Position numbers and translations under genes: made by a program
The notes under the pieces: model-generated
What the model saw: the letters and a program-made list of their open reading frames with translations, nothing else
Databases searched by the model: none
What the model was told of the DNA's origin: nothing
NCBI RefSeq assembly: GCF_020745735.1
Contig: NC_083409.1
Span: 4,639,534-4,703,533, forward strand
DNA from: Hemiscyllium ocellatum
Lineage: Eukaryota
DNA: 64,000 nt
Direction: 5' to 3'
Shown here: one piece after another, positions 50,001 through 61,869 of the stretch
How the letters are laid out: every line of letters begins with the position of its first letter
Numbering within the stretch: position 1 is the stretch's first letter

Positions 50001-53000
50001 TTCTCACACACACTCTTCCGGCCTTTCCATTTTCAAACACTCTCCATCTCTGTCTCACTCTTTTCAATCTCCCTCACACACTCTCTCCCTCCCTATCCCT
50101 AAATCTCTTTCTTACTTCCTGCCCCTCACGTACATTTCAACCTCCTCCCCACCCACTCGATCTCGCGCTCTCACACACTTTCCAAACTCTGAATCTCTCT
50201 CTCCCTATTCTTATCTGTCTCTTGCTCTCTCTCTCTCTGCTTCCACCCCACACTCTCTCCCCTACACACAACCACTCTCTCTTTCACCATTCCTCATGCA
50301 CGCTCCCTCTCCGCAGAACGACTATCCCTCTCCGCCACACAATCACTCTCCCACTCACTCAGATTTCCTCCCTCTCTTTCCCTACAACTCCATATACACC
50401 CTACACGCTCTCGCTCTCACTCTCCCCAACCCACTTTCCCTCTCTCTTCCTCCATACAACCCCTCTCGCTTCCTCACCTTCCCAAACTTGCTCTCCCCTC
50501 CCAAACTGTCTGTAACCCCGAACACTCTCTCTCCATCCCCGACACACTCCATCTGTGTTCATATCCCCATTCGCACTCTATCTCTGTTTACCTCCCCAAC
50601 TCACACTTCCCCCCACCCCACACTGTCTCCCATTATATCGGGGCCTCATACTCTGTCTCTTTCTCTCCGTCTCCCCACTCCCTCTCTCCCTTGCACGAAC
50701 ACACCCTCTCCATCGATCCCACACCGTACTATTTCTGTCTTCTTGACCCTCACTATCTTTCCCCCTCACTCTCACTCCACCCGCCTCACTCTCGCTCTTC
50801 TTTCTCTCACACTTTCTCCCCACTCTCCTTCCTCTCTCTCTTGTCATACTCACCAGCAACAATCAGTCTCTCTTCTCGTCAACGTCACCCCACTCACTCT
50901 CTCTGACACTCTCCTTCACCGCTTCCACAATCTCTCTTCATCTCCCTCGCACCTTCCACACGGCCACTCTCTCCACCTCATCCACACTTTTTTTCTCCCA
51001 CACCCTAATCCTTTACTCACTACGTCTCCTCCTGTCACACACTCTCTATCTCTGCCTCCTCCTCACACACACAAACACACACACACTCTCACACGTGCGT
51101 GAGCACAGACACACAAATACTCCCTCCTCCCCTTCCACTCCCTCACTTGTACACTTTCCCCTGGCACACTATCTTCTATCCCCTCCAACACGCTCTTTCT
51201 ATCTCTTCCTCTCCCCGCATGTATTCCCACTTTCTCCAAACAACCCTACTGCACACGTTTGCTTCCTCAAATCTCCTTCAGACTGTAATCTGCCCCTGCA
51301 CCTCGCACAATCTCTCTACATCTCTCCTCTCACCCTCCAGTTCGTCTCCTGCTACAATTTCTGTCTCCCTCCCCTCCGTGCTGTCTATCTCTCCACTGTC
51401 CCTTCTTAAATCTCCATTGCGCCGTCAGCCCATCTCTCTCTCTCCCTCGTCCCTCCCTGTCTCGGCCTTTCACCCACACAAAAACAATCTTTCTACATTA
51501 CTCCCACTTCCCTCTCTCTCGCTCAGACTTTCCCATTCTCTCTCTCTCCCTCTCACGTCAACACTGCCTCTCTCTCCAACCCCACCCCACACTCTGTCTT
51601 TCTCTCTATCCCCATCCGAACATACTCTTTGCCCCTCCTACATTCTCACTCTAAAACTGCCACACACAATCTCTCTTTCACCTCTCACTCACCCCCGCAC
51701 TCGGTCTCCCACTCCTGCTCCCTAAAACTCTCTCACTTTCTCTCACTCTTTCCACCCACTCTCTTCCCCTTCCTTCATCTTTCTACAGTCTACCTCCCCT
51801 CTCCATCACATACTCACTGTCATTGTCCTTTCCCACACACGCTCCCTCTTTCCGTCCAGTCTCCCACACTTGTCTGTCTCCCTTCTCCGCCCTCTCTCGC
51901 TCCTTCTTCACCTCAAAGTCTCTCTGCCACAAACTCTCCTTTCCCCCTCTCTGCACTCTATCTATCTCCATCGCCCTCTCTCACTCTCTCCTCCCTCCCC
52001 ATTCCTGCACTCAATCTCCCTCCCTCCACACACTGTCTCATTCTATCCCGCACCCACACGCTCGCCCTCGCTCTCACACTCTTTATCCCTCCTCCATCCT
52101 ATCAACTCCCTCTCTCGCACTCTGTGCACTCTCCAACACACACTCTCTCCACCCTCCATCTCTCCCATCATCTTTACCTTCCACACCTCTTTCCATAATC
52201 TCTGTCTCCCTCACCCCTCCCACACACAATCTCTGTTCCAAACTCCTCCTCTTCCTAACTCAGTTGAAAGCTCCGTCTGTCTCTCCCTCATTCTTCCCCC
52301 ACACCCATACTCCCTACCTCTCTCCGTCTCATATACCCTCTGTCTGTTCGTCCCCCAACACACTCCTTCCTCCTCTACAATCCTCCCTCTCACTCTCTCT
52401 GCACGCTTCAACACACACTCGTTCCCTATCCTTCTCCCACTTACTCTCCTTCACAAACTCTCCCTGCCTCTCCCCATTCTCTCTCTTACTCTTGCTGTCC
52501 ACTGTCTCTCTCCCTCTCCATCTCTTACTTTCTCGATCCTCCCTCACCCCACACAATCTCTCCCTCGGCCTCCCATGCTCTCTCTATCCGTCGTCCCTCC
52601 TAATCTCTCCCATTCCCTCATCTAACCCATTCCCTTTTTCTTCCACCACCCTGCCACACTTGATTTCACTCTCTCCTTCCCATCTTCCCAAGTGCTTTCT
52701 TTCTCTCGCTCCCTTCCCACTCTCTCATTCTCAACCACCATTCACTCTCTACGACACTCATTCCCTCTCTTCCACCTTACCCATCATACACAGCGTCTCT
52801 GTCCCTCCATTTCTCCCACACTTGTTTTTATCTCTCTCACTTTCACCTCACACATACATTCTCTGCCTCCCCACTCCACAATCTCTCTCGCTGACCCATC
52901 TCCCAACTGCCTCTCTCTTTCACCTTCCAGCCCTGTCACATTCTCTATCTCTCCACCCTTCCCACACACTGTCTCTCCCTCCCAACCTCACACACGCTTC

Positions 53001-53480
53001 CCCTCTCTCTTTGCCCCTTCTCACACTCTCCCTGCGCCCACTGTCACTCTCGCTCCTCGTTCCACGTTCTCTCCCCCTCACATCCTCCACTCTCCCTCGC
53101 TGTCTCCCCCTTCCATTTCTCTCTCCCATGTAACCCCACCCTCTTTCACTCTCTCTTCCAAAACTTTCTCTCTCTTCCACATTCTCTCTTACGCCCTTCC
53201 ACACTCACACACGCTCTCGCTTTTCCCAAACTTTCTCTCTCTCCCTCCCCAAAACCACACACTCTCTCTCTCCTTAAACCCCAACACTATAACATCCGTC
53301 TTGCTGTCTTTCTCTTCCTCCGTCTAAGTCTCCCCCTCCCTATGTATGACACCTTCCCTCTCTCTTCCTTTGCGTGGCTTTCTCTCTCTCCCTGTACCTC
53401 ACTCTATCCATTCCTCCCTCTCCCAGTCTGCCTGACTTTATCTCTCCCTCCCTCTCCTTCTGTCTTTTACGCGCTCTCTT
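47060..53480 (+). repeat. 6.4-kb C/T-rich, G-poor low-complexity tract
   Basis: Degenerate (CT)n/(CA)n/CCC mosaic without a fixed period. Confidence 0.97.
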
Positions 53481-53872
53481 CCATTAGATTCGCAGAATCG
53501 CTCTCTAAACGGCATATTTTCATATGAAATCTGTGAAGCAGAAGACAGGAGAAAAGAGGACAGGAAGATACAGGCGAGAATCAACGCAGCTGACTGGTTT
53601 TGAAATTTGTATTTCTGCTTTTTTCTTGGGAATTGTGTTTTTATCGGATCAGTACGTTGTTGTCTAGTGGATGTTGGGTAGATACTTTGATCAGACAAAG
53701 GATGATTAACGTCTCTTTTTTTTGGTGTTAACGAATAAATTGTTAATTATTATTTTTCTTTTAGAGTGGAATTTTGGTAGTTATTTGTCTCTCATACTTA
53801 TACAGATTACGAGGCGATGTGACATTTATTGTGTGTCTGGTTTAAATTAACAAAGGGTTTTAACCCATAACG
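53480..53872 (+). mobile_element. Possible LTR 3' portion
   Basis: AATAAA at ~53734 followed by T-rich U5-like segment ending CCCATAACG (TAACA decayed). Confidence 0.3.
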
Positions 53873-53874
53873 CA

Positions 53875-55000
53875 AAATAATGCATTTGTAAACTTCCAAA
53901 GTGAATATGGGAAAATACAGTTCTTCCCAAAACAATCAATATGTATATTGTTGCTTCCTCTGAAGTTTCTGTGTGGAACACATCTGGTCTGTCCGACTTT
54001 TCACTGCTCAACCCAGTTATGCTTTCAAATACTTCCACGTCACTGATATGAATGATTTTAGTTTTTAGTTATACATGCTCCCTTGCTCACTTTGCATTCC
54101 GGGGTAATGTTCTGTAACTTCATCCTTCAACTCAGACACAAAATAACTGTTTTGTCCCTGTGCAATTTCTCTATTCCCTACAATAAACTCTTCTGTACAC
54201 AGATACACTGTTCCACGTTTTTTCTTGATTTCATTTTCCTTTCAAATATTGGTAGAAGTTTTTCATCAGTCCTTACATTTTTTGTTGGTTTGCATTCTTG
54301 ATCTGTTTTCTATTTCCTTGTCTGTTTCTTAGTCCACAATATTCAGCATTTTTCTGAGCTACTTTCCTTGAACTAATACAATGGTTAGCTTATCTTGTTT
54401 ATCATGATTGTGTCACGTTGACCTTTTGATGTTTGCTGTTTGGAAGTTGAGTGTTTCTTTTCCGCTTTACAATGTTTCCATAAATAACATACATTGCCTG
54501 CCTTCAATTCATGCAAATTTCATATTCACGAAAGCCAACTTGTTACTCATAGCTTTGTGGCTTTTTATGACTCAGCTATATACTCGAAATTAAAGAAAAA
54601 TAACAATTGGCTTGTATTCAAATGTGATGTAAAATTTAATATATTAAGATAACTATTCCCGAAAGCTCCTTTACTGCAAGGTTTCCAATTAGTTCTTCTG
54701 ATCACCCAACACCAGTTCCAAAGCAACCTTATCTCGAACTCGGTGCTGAGCATACTGCAAATCATCTGATGCGCACTCATGAAATCCATTTCTCTAACAT
54801 TAACATTTACTTGGATTGATACGGTTGAGATGCAACTTCAATTTATTCATCATTACTGCACTTCTCAAAAAAAACAAAGCATTCATCATTGCCTGTTTTG
54901 TAACCAACACAACATTTGTCTTGGAATTTTCAATTTTATATATAGCTCCTATCAATATTTGCTTCACTTTCCTCTTTCTAAGCACCACCCCAGTGCATTC
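53875..55000 (-). mobile_element. Decayed CR1 endonuclease/linker region
   Basis: QILIGAIYK, AFGNSYLNILNF, EKSDRPDVFHT on the minus strand. Confidence 0.65.
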
Positions 55001-55399
55001 TGTGAAATTTGAGTGATGTGGGCTTGGGGGAGATTCATAGCAGATTCAGACGAGTTGTTTGGCGAGGCATATCTCAACGTTGATATTACCTCTGCATATC
55101 TTGCCCGTTCTTCTCAAGTGCCTTTGCGACATTTTTACCAGACCTCCAGTTATGCTGGTGGAGAAGAGACGGGAAATCAACTTTAAGCAAAGGTGTGCAT
55201 TCGCCCAGACGACTGAGACGGTTCTAAGCTATGGGGGATCCTTATATCAGGCTGACATAATGTTTCTGCTGCTGTCCAGGATTTTAGTGAGACGCATGTG
55301 GAGTAGCGTCTGCAGGTTTAGTCTCCGCACTGAGGAAAAGATGTTGGAAGCAACTCCAATATTTTGCACTCAAGTGATTTCTGCAACGAAGACATTAGT

Positions 55400-55735
55400 C
55401 ATAGAATCCCCACAATGAAGAATCAGGCCATTTGACCTAACGACTCTACAGTGATCCTCTGAAAAGCATCCCATCCAAAACCACACCTCCCTTATCCAAT
55501 CTCTGTAACATTGCATTTCCTATGACTAATTTATCTAGCTTGTGCATGAATGGACTTTACTGGTAATTCAGCTTGGAAAATCCATTTTGGGACACTGGAA
55601 AGAATCCAGATTAATTCTTGGAACTCATGCAGAGACAAAAAGAACGTGCAAACTCCACAAAGACAGTCACCTCATGCTGCAACTGAATCCGTGTCTCTGG
55701 TACAGCAGTTCAAATCACTGAGCGACCCAGTGTGG
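55400..55735 (-). mobile_element. Decayed HE1-type SINE
   Basis: ATAGAATCCC tail, AGAACGTGCAAACTCCACA.AGACAGTCACC core. Confidence 0.75.
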
Positions 55736-55759
55736 GCAACACAATTTGCCTGCACAATG

Positions 55760-57640
55760 AAGCAGCAAAAGCATACTATGGGACCGGGGATCTTTCTGTA
55801 TGAAGTGAAGGTGGTGACAGCATCACTGCCAGCACAGGGGAGCGATTATACCAGTGAGCCACCACCTTAACTTTACATAACATTCCCTGAAGGAGGAGAA
55901 ACCCAAACAATGGTAGGGGAAGCACTGTTTCCTTTAAGCAAAGCAACCGTGTTCAGTCAATAGCTGTCTCCTTCCACACGACCAGATTAAATCAACAACC
56001 TGATGGAACAGCAATATTGTATTTGTGATAATTTTGAACATGGAATGGTTAATTTGTTGCTTCATTAAGCGGGAGGAACGAGCATTTTGATCCAATATAT
56101 ATTAGAGTTTACAGGAATGACAGAGGAATTTGTTTTAAGGCTCAGGAACAGAAGGCAATTACACAGTCATTTGAGGACTGTGTTCCATTTCTCGAACTTG
56201 GAACACAGGAACAACATAGGAAAATTATTTGACTCTGTTATGGTAGATGAGGAGGAGACTGTTTGGTTCCTGGTTTCTGAAGTACAGTTTCAGGAAGAAA
56301 CTAATCGGCCCAACTAGAATATTACATAGGACATAGAATGGTTCAATGAGCACCTGTATCCTTTTACACAACATCAGGGGGAAAGGTCATTCAGCCTTCT
56401 CAATGATGGAAGAAGCCAAAAAGTGACTGGAAATGCCTTTCACTTATGCCTTTCACAAAGTCACACGAGAATACGGCATTCAGCCGAATGAGTCTGTTGT
56501 GCAAGAACAGGGGAAGCAAATGAACCGTGTTGAGCTCTTTTTGTGTGTGAACAGGAGTAATACAGCCACATTTCCGTTGGGTAAAAAACAGAAGAAGACC
56601 AATGACTCCCTCGTTCACATCTCAGGGATAAAGGAGAAGACTGCTCAAAATGCCCAGCCTGTTATGGAGGAATATGCGGAGATAATTCAGACCAGTGAAA
56701 CATTGCACTGCAGCAGGAACATTCGACAATCTCCCAAAACTTGCATAAAGAAATAGGAGGAGAACAGTCAGACCTTGAGTCCATATGAGTCTGTTGTGGT
56801 TGGAGCTGTGAATTTGTCACAGACGTTTCGTCCCCTGACAACAACGTACCAGGACGAAGGTCCCGATACCCAGCATGAGCAAAACCAATGTAGTGTACAA
56901 ACTCCCATGCAAGAACTGCACAAAACACTACATAGGACAAACAGGAAGGCAGCTAACGATCCGCATCCATGAACACAAACTACCCACTAAACGACATGAC
57001 CAGCTATCCTTAGTAGCCACACACTCAGAAGACAAGCAACATGAATTCGACAGGGTAAACACTATTATTATAGGACAAGCCAAACATAGAAGAGCCAGGG
57101 AATTCCTAGAGGCATGGCACTCATCCACAGTGTCAATCAATAAGTACATCGACCTGGACACAATACACTGGCCACTGCAGCAGACAGCTGGAACTGACAA
57201 CTGGAAGCGGCAGATGCAAATCACTATAGACGCCGGAGGAAACATCACAGAAGCGCTTCACAGGAGGTTCTGAAGCTCTAAGGATGTCCCCTAGACAGGG
57301 GACGAAACGTCTGCAACACAAATTGCCAGCTCGGCGAACAGAACCACAACAACGAGCACCTGAGCTACAAATCTTCTCCCAAACGTTGACCATATGAGTA
57401 TATAATGGAGGAACACCAAGATGACATTGAACCCATTGAGAATATAATGTAAGAAAATCAGAATGAAATTCAGCCCATTCAGTATGTAAACCAGCAACAG
57501 AATTATTTTGTTCAGCCACTTATGCCTTTCACACAGCAATCGGAGCAAATGCTTTGCTGCCTTGTGTCTGTTAGACAGTAATTGAAAAGAAATGGGGAGG
57601 TTATCGAAAGCCAAGAACGTAAAAGAACTAACTTGACTGG
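55760..57640 (+). pseudogene. Frameshifted relic of a 14-aa-repeat, Glu/Gln-rich coding exon (family unassigned), split by a PLE
   Basis: 42-bp periodic units translating as IQPNESVVQEQGKQ, AQNAQPVMEEYAEI, LSPYEYIMEEHQDD, IEPIENIM*ENQNE, IQPIQYVNQQQNYF; stops and frameshifts present. Confidence 0.45.
56791..57385 (+). mobile_element. Penelope-like element family B, GIY-YIG + terminus, with short inverted 5' end
   Basis: ORF 56875-57273 NVVYKLPCKNCTKHYIGQTGRQLTIRIHEH...REFLEAW; inverted terminus 56791-56838; CCATATGAGT duplicated at 56781-56790 and 57390-57399. Confidence 0.95.
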
Positions 57641-57769
57641 GGAGTAAAAAAGAAGAGAGAAAACTTTAGGGATTGAAGAAAATTGTTGATTTATGCAGAT
57701 TTTGAGCAAAATAAAACGTAGTTCTGCAAGTACAAATTCACTTCACAAACTTGTACCTTTGTGTGTGTG

Positions 57770-58415
57770 CGTGTGTCGGGGTGACCAAGTGAATATGTGC
57801 ATGTGGGTGTGCGTGTGTGAGGGCTGGGTGTCTGTGAGAGAGTGTGTGAATGACTGTGATGTCATATTAGTCTGTGCGATGGTGCGTGTGTGGCTGTGAG
57901 TCTTGGGGTGTATATGTGAGCATATGAGAGAGAGCTTGTGCATGAGAGACAATCAGTGTGAAAACCTGTTTGTATTAGAGAACATGAATGCATGTTTGCA
58001 GAATTACATTTGATCTTGCTCAAAAACTGCATAAATCCATTTAAAATCTATTAAATTCCATTTTGGAATCAGTATGATCTAACATTCGGACGCAGACACA
58101 CTTCTACTTCACATCTTCAATGCATTATCTGAGTTGAGATAACGCCTATTGTTAAAAACTATCTTCATTACGTTACTTGAAAAATATGCTGGGATTTACA
58201 TATGAATCAAGTGAAACTTAATTGACAATTCGAATGAATGAAAGACTGAAGCTAAATTTGTTTAATATTACATTGAATGACACAACAATTTTGTTGCTAT
58301 AAAATCTGTGTCTTGTGATTCTGCTCCAAGACCAAATGAAGAAAACCAGCGGTTTGAAAGCTAATTCTTACAAACAAACCTATTGTTCTATAATCAAACA
58401 TTGTGTGACTTTTAT
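57770..58415 (+). mobile_element. 3' non-coding region of a third PLE family, (GT)n-rich head
   Basis: Decayed hammerhead-like ATGAAGAAAACCAGCGGTTTGAAAGCTA near 58335, followed by AAACAAACCTATTGTTCTATAA..TTGTGTGACTTT terminus. Confidence 0.55.
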
Positions 58416-58479
58416 CCATGATTAAGGACAGAGGAATGTAGAAGTCGGGAAGTTATATGTGGACTGGAAATTTGAAACT

Positions 58480-59340
58480 GTTTTAAATAGGTGCCTATGG
58501 CAGATATTTGTCTTGTTCTTTCATTTCTTCGCAAACAAGCACACATTTTCCAGGTAAGGCGGCACTTCACTCATTCAATCAAGTCCCCTGCCATTGCTGC
58601 TCACAACGCCGTCTTCTTTAAGTTGTCGAGACCAAACAGACACTGCTTTGAAGAACACTTCCACTCTGTCTGTCGAAATAAACGTGACCCGCTGCAATGT
58701 TCCAGTGAAGCGCAGCCTAAACTAGAGTAACATTTCACTTTACATTTGGTGCATTACCGCCTGTAGGAGTTAATATTCAATTCCATAACTTCACATCCTG
58801 ACCTAATTTTGTTCATACATTCTTCGTCCTGACTTCTGATGACCTTATCCTTTTTGTATCTTGTGTCGCTTGCACTCAATGCTGGCAGTTCGAATTTCAC
58901 GCAGTGCCCATTCTTCCATTCACAAATTATGTTAGGCTTAATTTACATCTGGTGCGCTTTCGCCACAATTAAGGACCCGTTTGTCTTTTGCCCTTGTCCT
59001 CTACGTTCTTTGCTTCCCGACACCCCTCCTCCCCTTCTGTCAAGATCTTGAAATGTCCGCTTTCCAATCATTTGTTTCAGTTTTGAAGGAGTGTGACGTT
59101 GGAATGGAACCGTTATGTCTGCTTAACTGTCTGTGTAGATTCTGCCAGACATGTTGAGTTTCTCCATTCATGGTTTTCAACAAACAAACGAACTGAAAAT
59201 TCTGGTAATCTAGAACAAAAGCAAAACTTGCTGAAGGAAGTTGGAGCTTTGAATAGGAGCACTCGCCCCAAAAGATTAACTCAGCTTTCACTCAACAGAT
59301 GATGTCAAGTTGCTTAATTTCTCCAGCAATTTCTGTTTTG
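58480..59340 (+). mobile_element. Decayed PLE GIY-YIG fragment and pLTR pieces
   Basis: FQVRRHFT, CSQRRLL*VVETK, EEHFHSV; pLTR-like ends 59080-59340. Confidence 0.65.
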
Positions 59341-59439
59341 ATCAAGTTTCAATGACGTGTCAAAGGTGTCCAAATTCTCTGTCTAACATGAAGCGCCTTT
59401 CATCGGGCAGTCAATGTTTTCTATATTTTTTTCAGCGGC

Positions 59440-59940
59440 AGCAGCAACTCTAAGAGCGTGAGCTTGAACAAGGGGCCTGGCGCAAACAATGAGACACGGA
59501 TTTGTACCTTTGAAAACTTTTGACGAGGGCCGTCGAGCCCCATTTCCGTTTTTCAGCGGCAGCTGCAACTCAAAGTTGGGGGGGGGGGAGCTTGTGGCCG
59601 GGCGTGTCGGGAGCAGTGAGTCACTGATTAGTAGTTTTAACTTTCAAGTCAGAGAGCAGAGTTTTCTGGGAAAAGAGAAACTGTTTATTTTTGTTTCTGT
59701 CCAGCTATTAAATCAGTGTTTTCTCAATCCATGAGCCTCCCTTTGTTGGGCCTCCCAACCTGCCGCCTCCTCTGAACCAGGAACATATCAGGTAATCGTT
59801 TCTTCTTCTTTTACTTTTTAATCAGGGGACTCACCATGGGAATGCAGTGGGGCTCAGGCCTCTGGCACAGAGCATGTCCCTGTTGCACAGAAGGGAAAGC
59901 GGGAAAGGAGGAGAGCGTTAATCATTGCGGACTCGATATC
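59440..59940 (+). mobile_element. CR1 5' UTR plus ORF1 esterase-motif fragment
   Basis: GC-rich repeats TTTTTCAGCGGCAGC; QASGTEHVPVAQKGKRERRRALIIADS (GDS-like SGNH motif of CR1 ORF1). Confidence 0.65.
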
Positions 59941-60349
59941 AATTGCAACCAAGCTGCTCCGCGTGAGCCATTGTGTACGGCGTTCAGCCGATCTTGATTG
60001 CACTTTCCCTAACTTGTAAAGTTTAGTGACTTACTCATGCAAGTAATGTTATATGTGAAAAAGGTTTAAAAAGTCGTAAAACAGACCAGCAGAATGTGAA
60101 ACGATTTCACTTTAAACAAAAGAGTGTCAGACAATTGCGGAGAGAGAGGGAGAGAAAACGGTATTGACTCAATTTCAATGATTTATCTCGATACCAAAAG
60201 ATGCAGAAACAGAGATACAAACACAGGCACATATACTTATCCATGAAGACATATATCACACACAGAGAAGTAGACGCAAACAGTCGACTGCATATAGACA
60301 ATGAGAGACAGAAATCTGCAATTACATATTTGACACAGAAACACACGAG

Positions 60350-61080
60350 TCAAAGAGTTATACAGCAAGGAAGGATACTTAGCGGCTTATGCACACGATG
60401 CTGACCACAGTGCTAAAATAAACCCGTCCCACCTGCCTGATCTTGGCCTAAATTTTTCCAAACCTTCTCTTATTGTTGCATTTAATCCTAAATTTACAAT
60501 GCCATTTAAACATTGTAACTGTGCCCACACCTACAACTTCTTGAGGACATTGATTCCACACGCTGTGCAAGTAAAGGCCCATCATAGGATCCGATTACTT
60601 ATACCGGAGAGCTCTGTGGAAAGCTGAGAAATTGATTATTGGGCCACTTCCTAAGATATTTGCACCATGCAGAGACAAACGTGTGATGATGACAGGCAAC
60701 AAGTTGTCTCACGTGGTGCCACGATTGAAGAAATGCGGTAAGGAAAGTCCACAAAACTGTGCACTGAAGATCCTGACATCAATGGTGAGCACGTTGTTGG
60801 AGAGAATCCTGGGGGACAGGATGTACTTCTGTTTATAAAAGCAAAGACTGATTATAGAAATAGTCAACATTGCTTTGTGCAAGGAATATCGTGTCTCACA
60901 AACTTAATTAAGGCTTTTGAAGAATCAATGCAGAGGATTGATGAAAGCAGAACAATGGATATGATCTACGTGGACTTCAGTAAGGCGTTTGCCAAGGTTC
61001 CTAACAATAGATTGGGTAGCAAGATTAGATGACGTGGAATACAGAGGGACCTAATCATTTGAATAAAGAACTCGTCCGAA
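60350..61080. mobile_element. CR1 fragments: 3' end (-) 60350-60570 and RT (+) 60580-61080
   Basis: VVPRLKK, SQHCFVQGISCLTNLIKAFEE, IYVDFSKAFAKVP. Confidence 0.8.
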
Positions 61081-61869
61081 ATACATTACTTCACTTCTTA
61101 ACGAATCAAACGCCACCTGCCAGCCCTCGTGCCAGTAAGTTACAATACTGCCCCCTCACCCTTCAGTTTTAAGAACCCCATGTCCACCCAAAGGAGACTT
61201 ATGAACTCCGACCTCTATTTTTAAAAAAACACTGAGCTAAATTTGCCTTGTGCGGTCTGGAGGAGGAGGGGGTTGTATTGCAGTCGCACCCAGTGGGGAG
61301 AAGAGGCTGGAAAGTAATCAGAAACCTGGTAACATTCAATAGTTTCAGAAAGAACGCAGTCAGACGTTCAAGGCTGAAAATCGTGAGCAGTCCTTGGGGA
61401 CTGATTTCTTTTAAATCTCTCGGATTCAGTAAGAATATCTATTTTAGATCCTTCTTAGTGCAGAGCGTGTCTGAAGGATTTCGTTCCCTAATATTGCAGA
61501 TTAATGATAATAGGCAATTAACCCGGAAACCGTACCCAAGCAATTAAAGATGGTCATGCATTATCTTGATGGTAGTATGCATTTACTTCACATCAAACAA
61601 TTGTGGCAAATACCTTCCATTTTTTAACAAATAAATATGTCCACTGTGCCTTTCAGTGTAATGAATTAGATTTTCATAAATGCACACTGAGCTGAAAGCT
61701 GAAATAAAATGTAACTTCCGATGTGGGCATGGTTTAGGTCTTCTCTCGTAGGTAGTGTCCATAGTTCTGAGCCAGAACTCGGATTCGATTCCAATTCCTG
61801 AACTTGTAGTCCTGTCAGTAGCTCTTGCCCAGAACATCTGAATTCACTAACTAATGTCTTGTCTTGCGC

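Noticed and set aside
46951-53527. Long ORFs of 200-622 aa (e.g. 49234-51102, 51823-53133)
   Set aside because: They arise from stop-codon scarcity in the C/T-rich tract; products are S/L/P/H/T low complexity and overlap in all three frames
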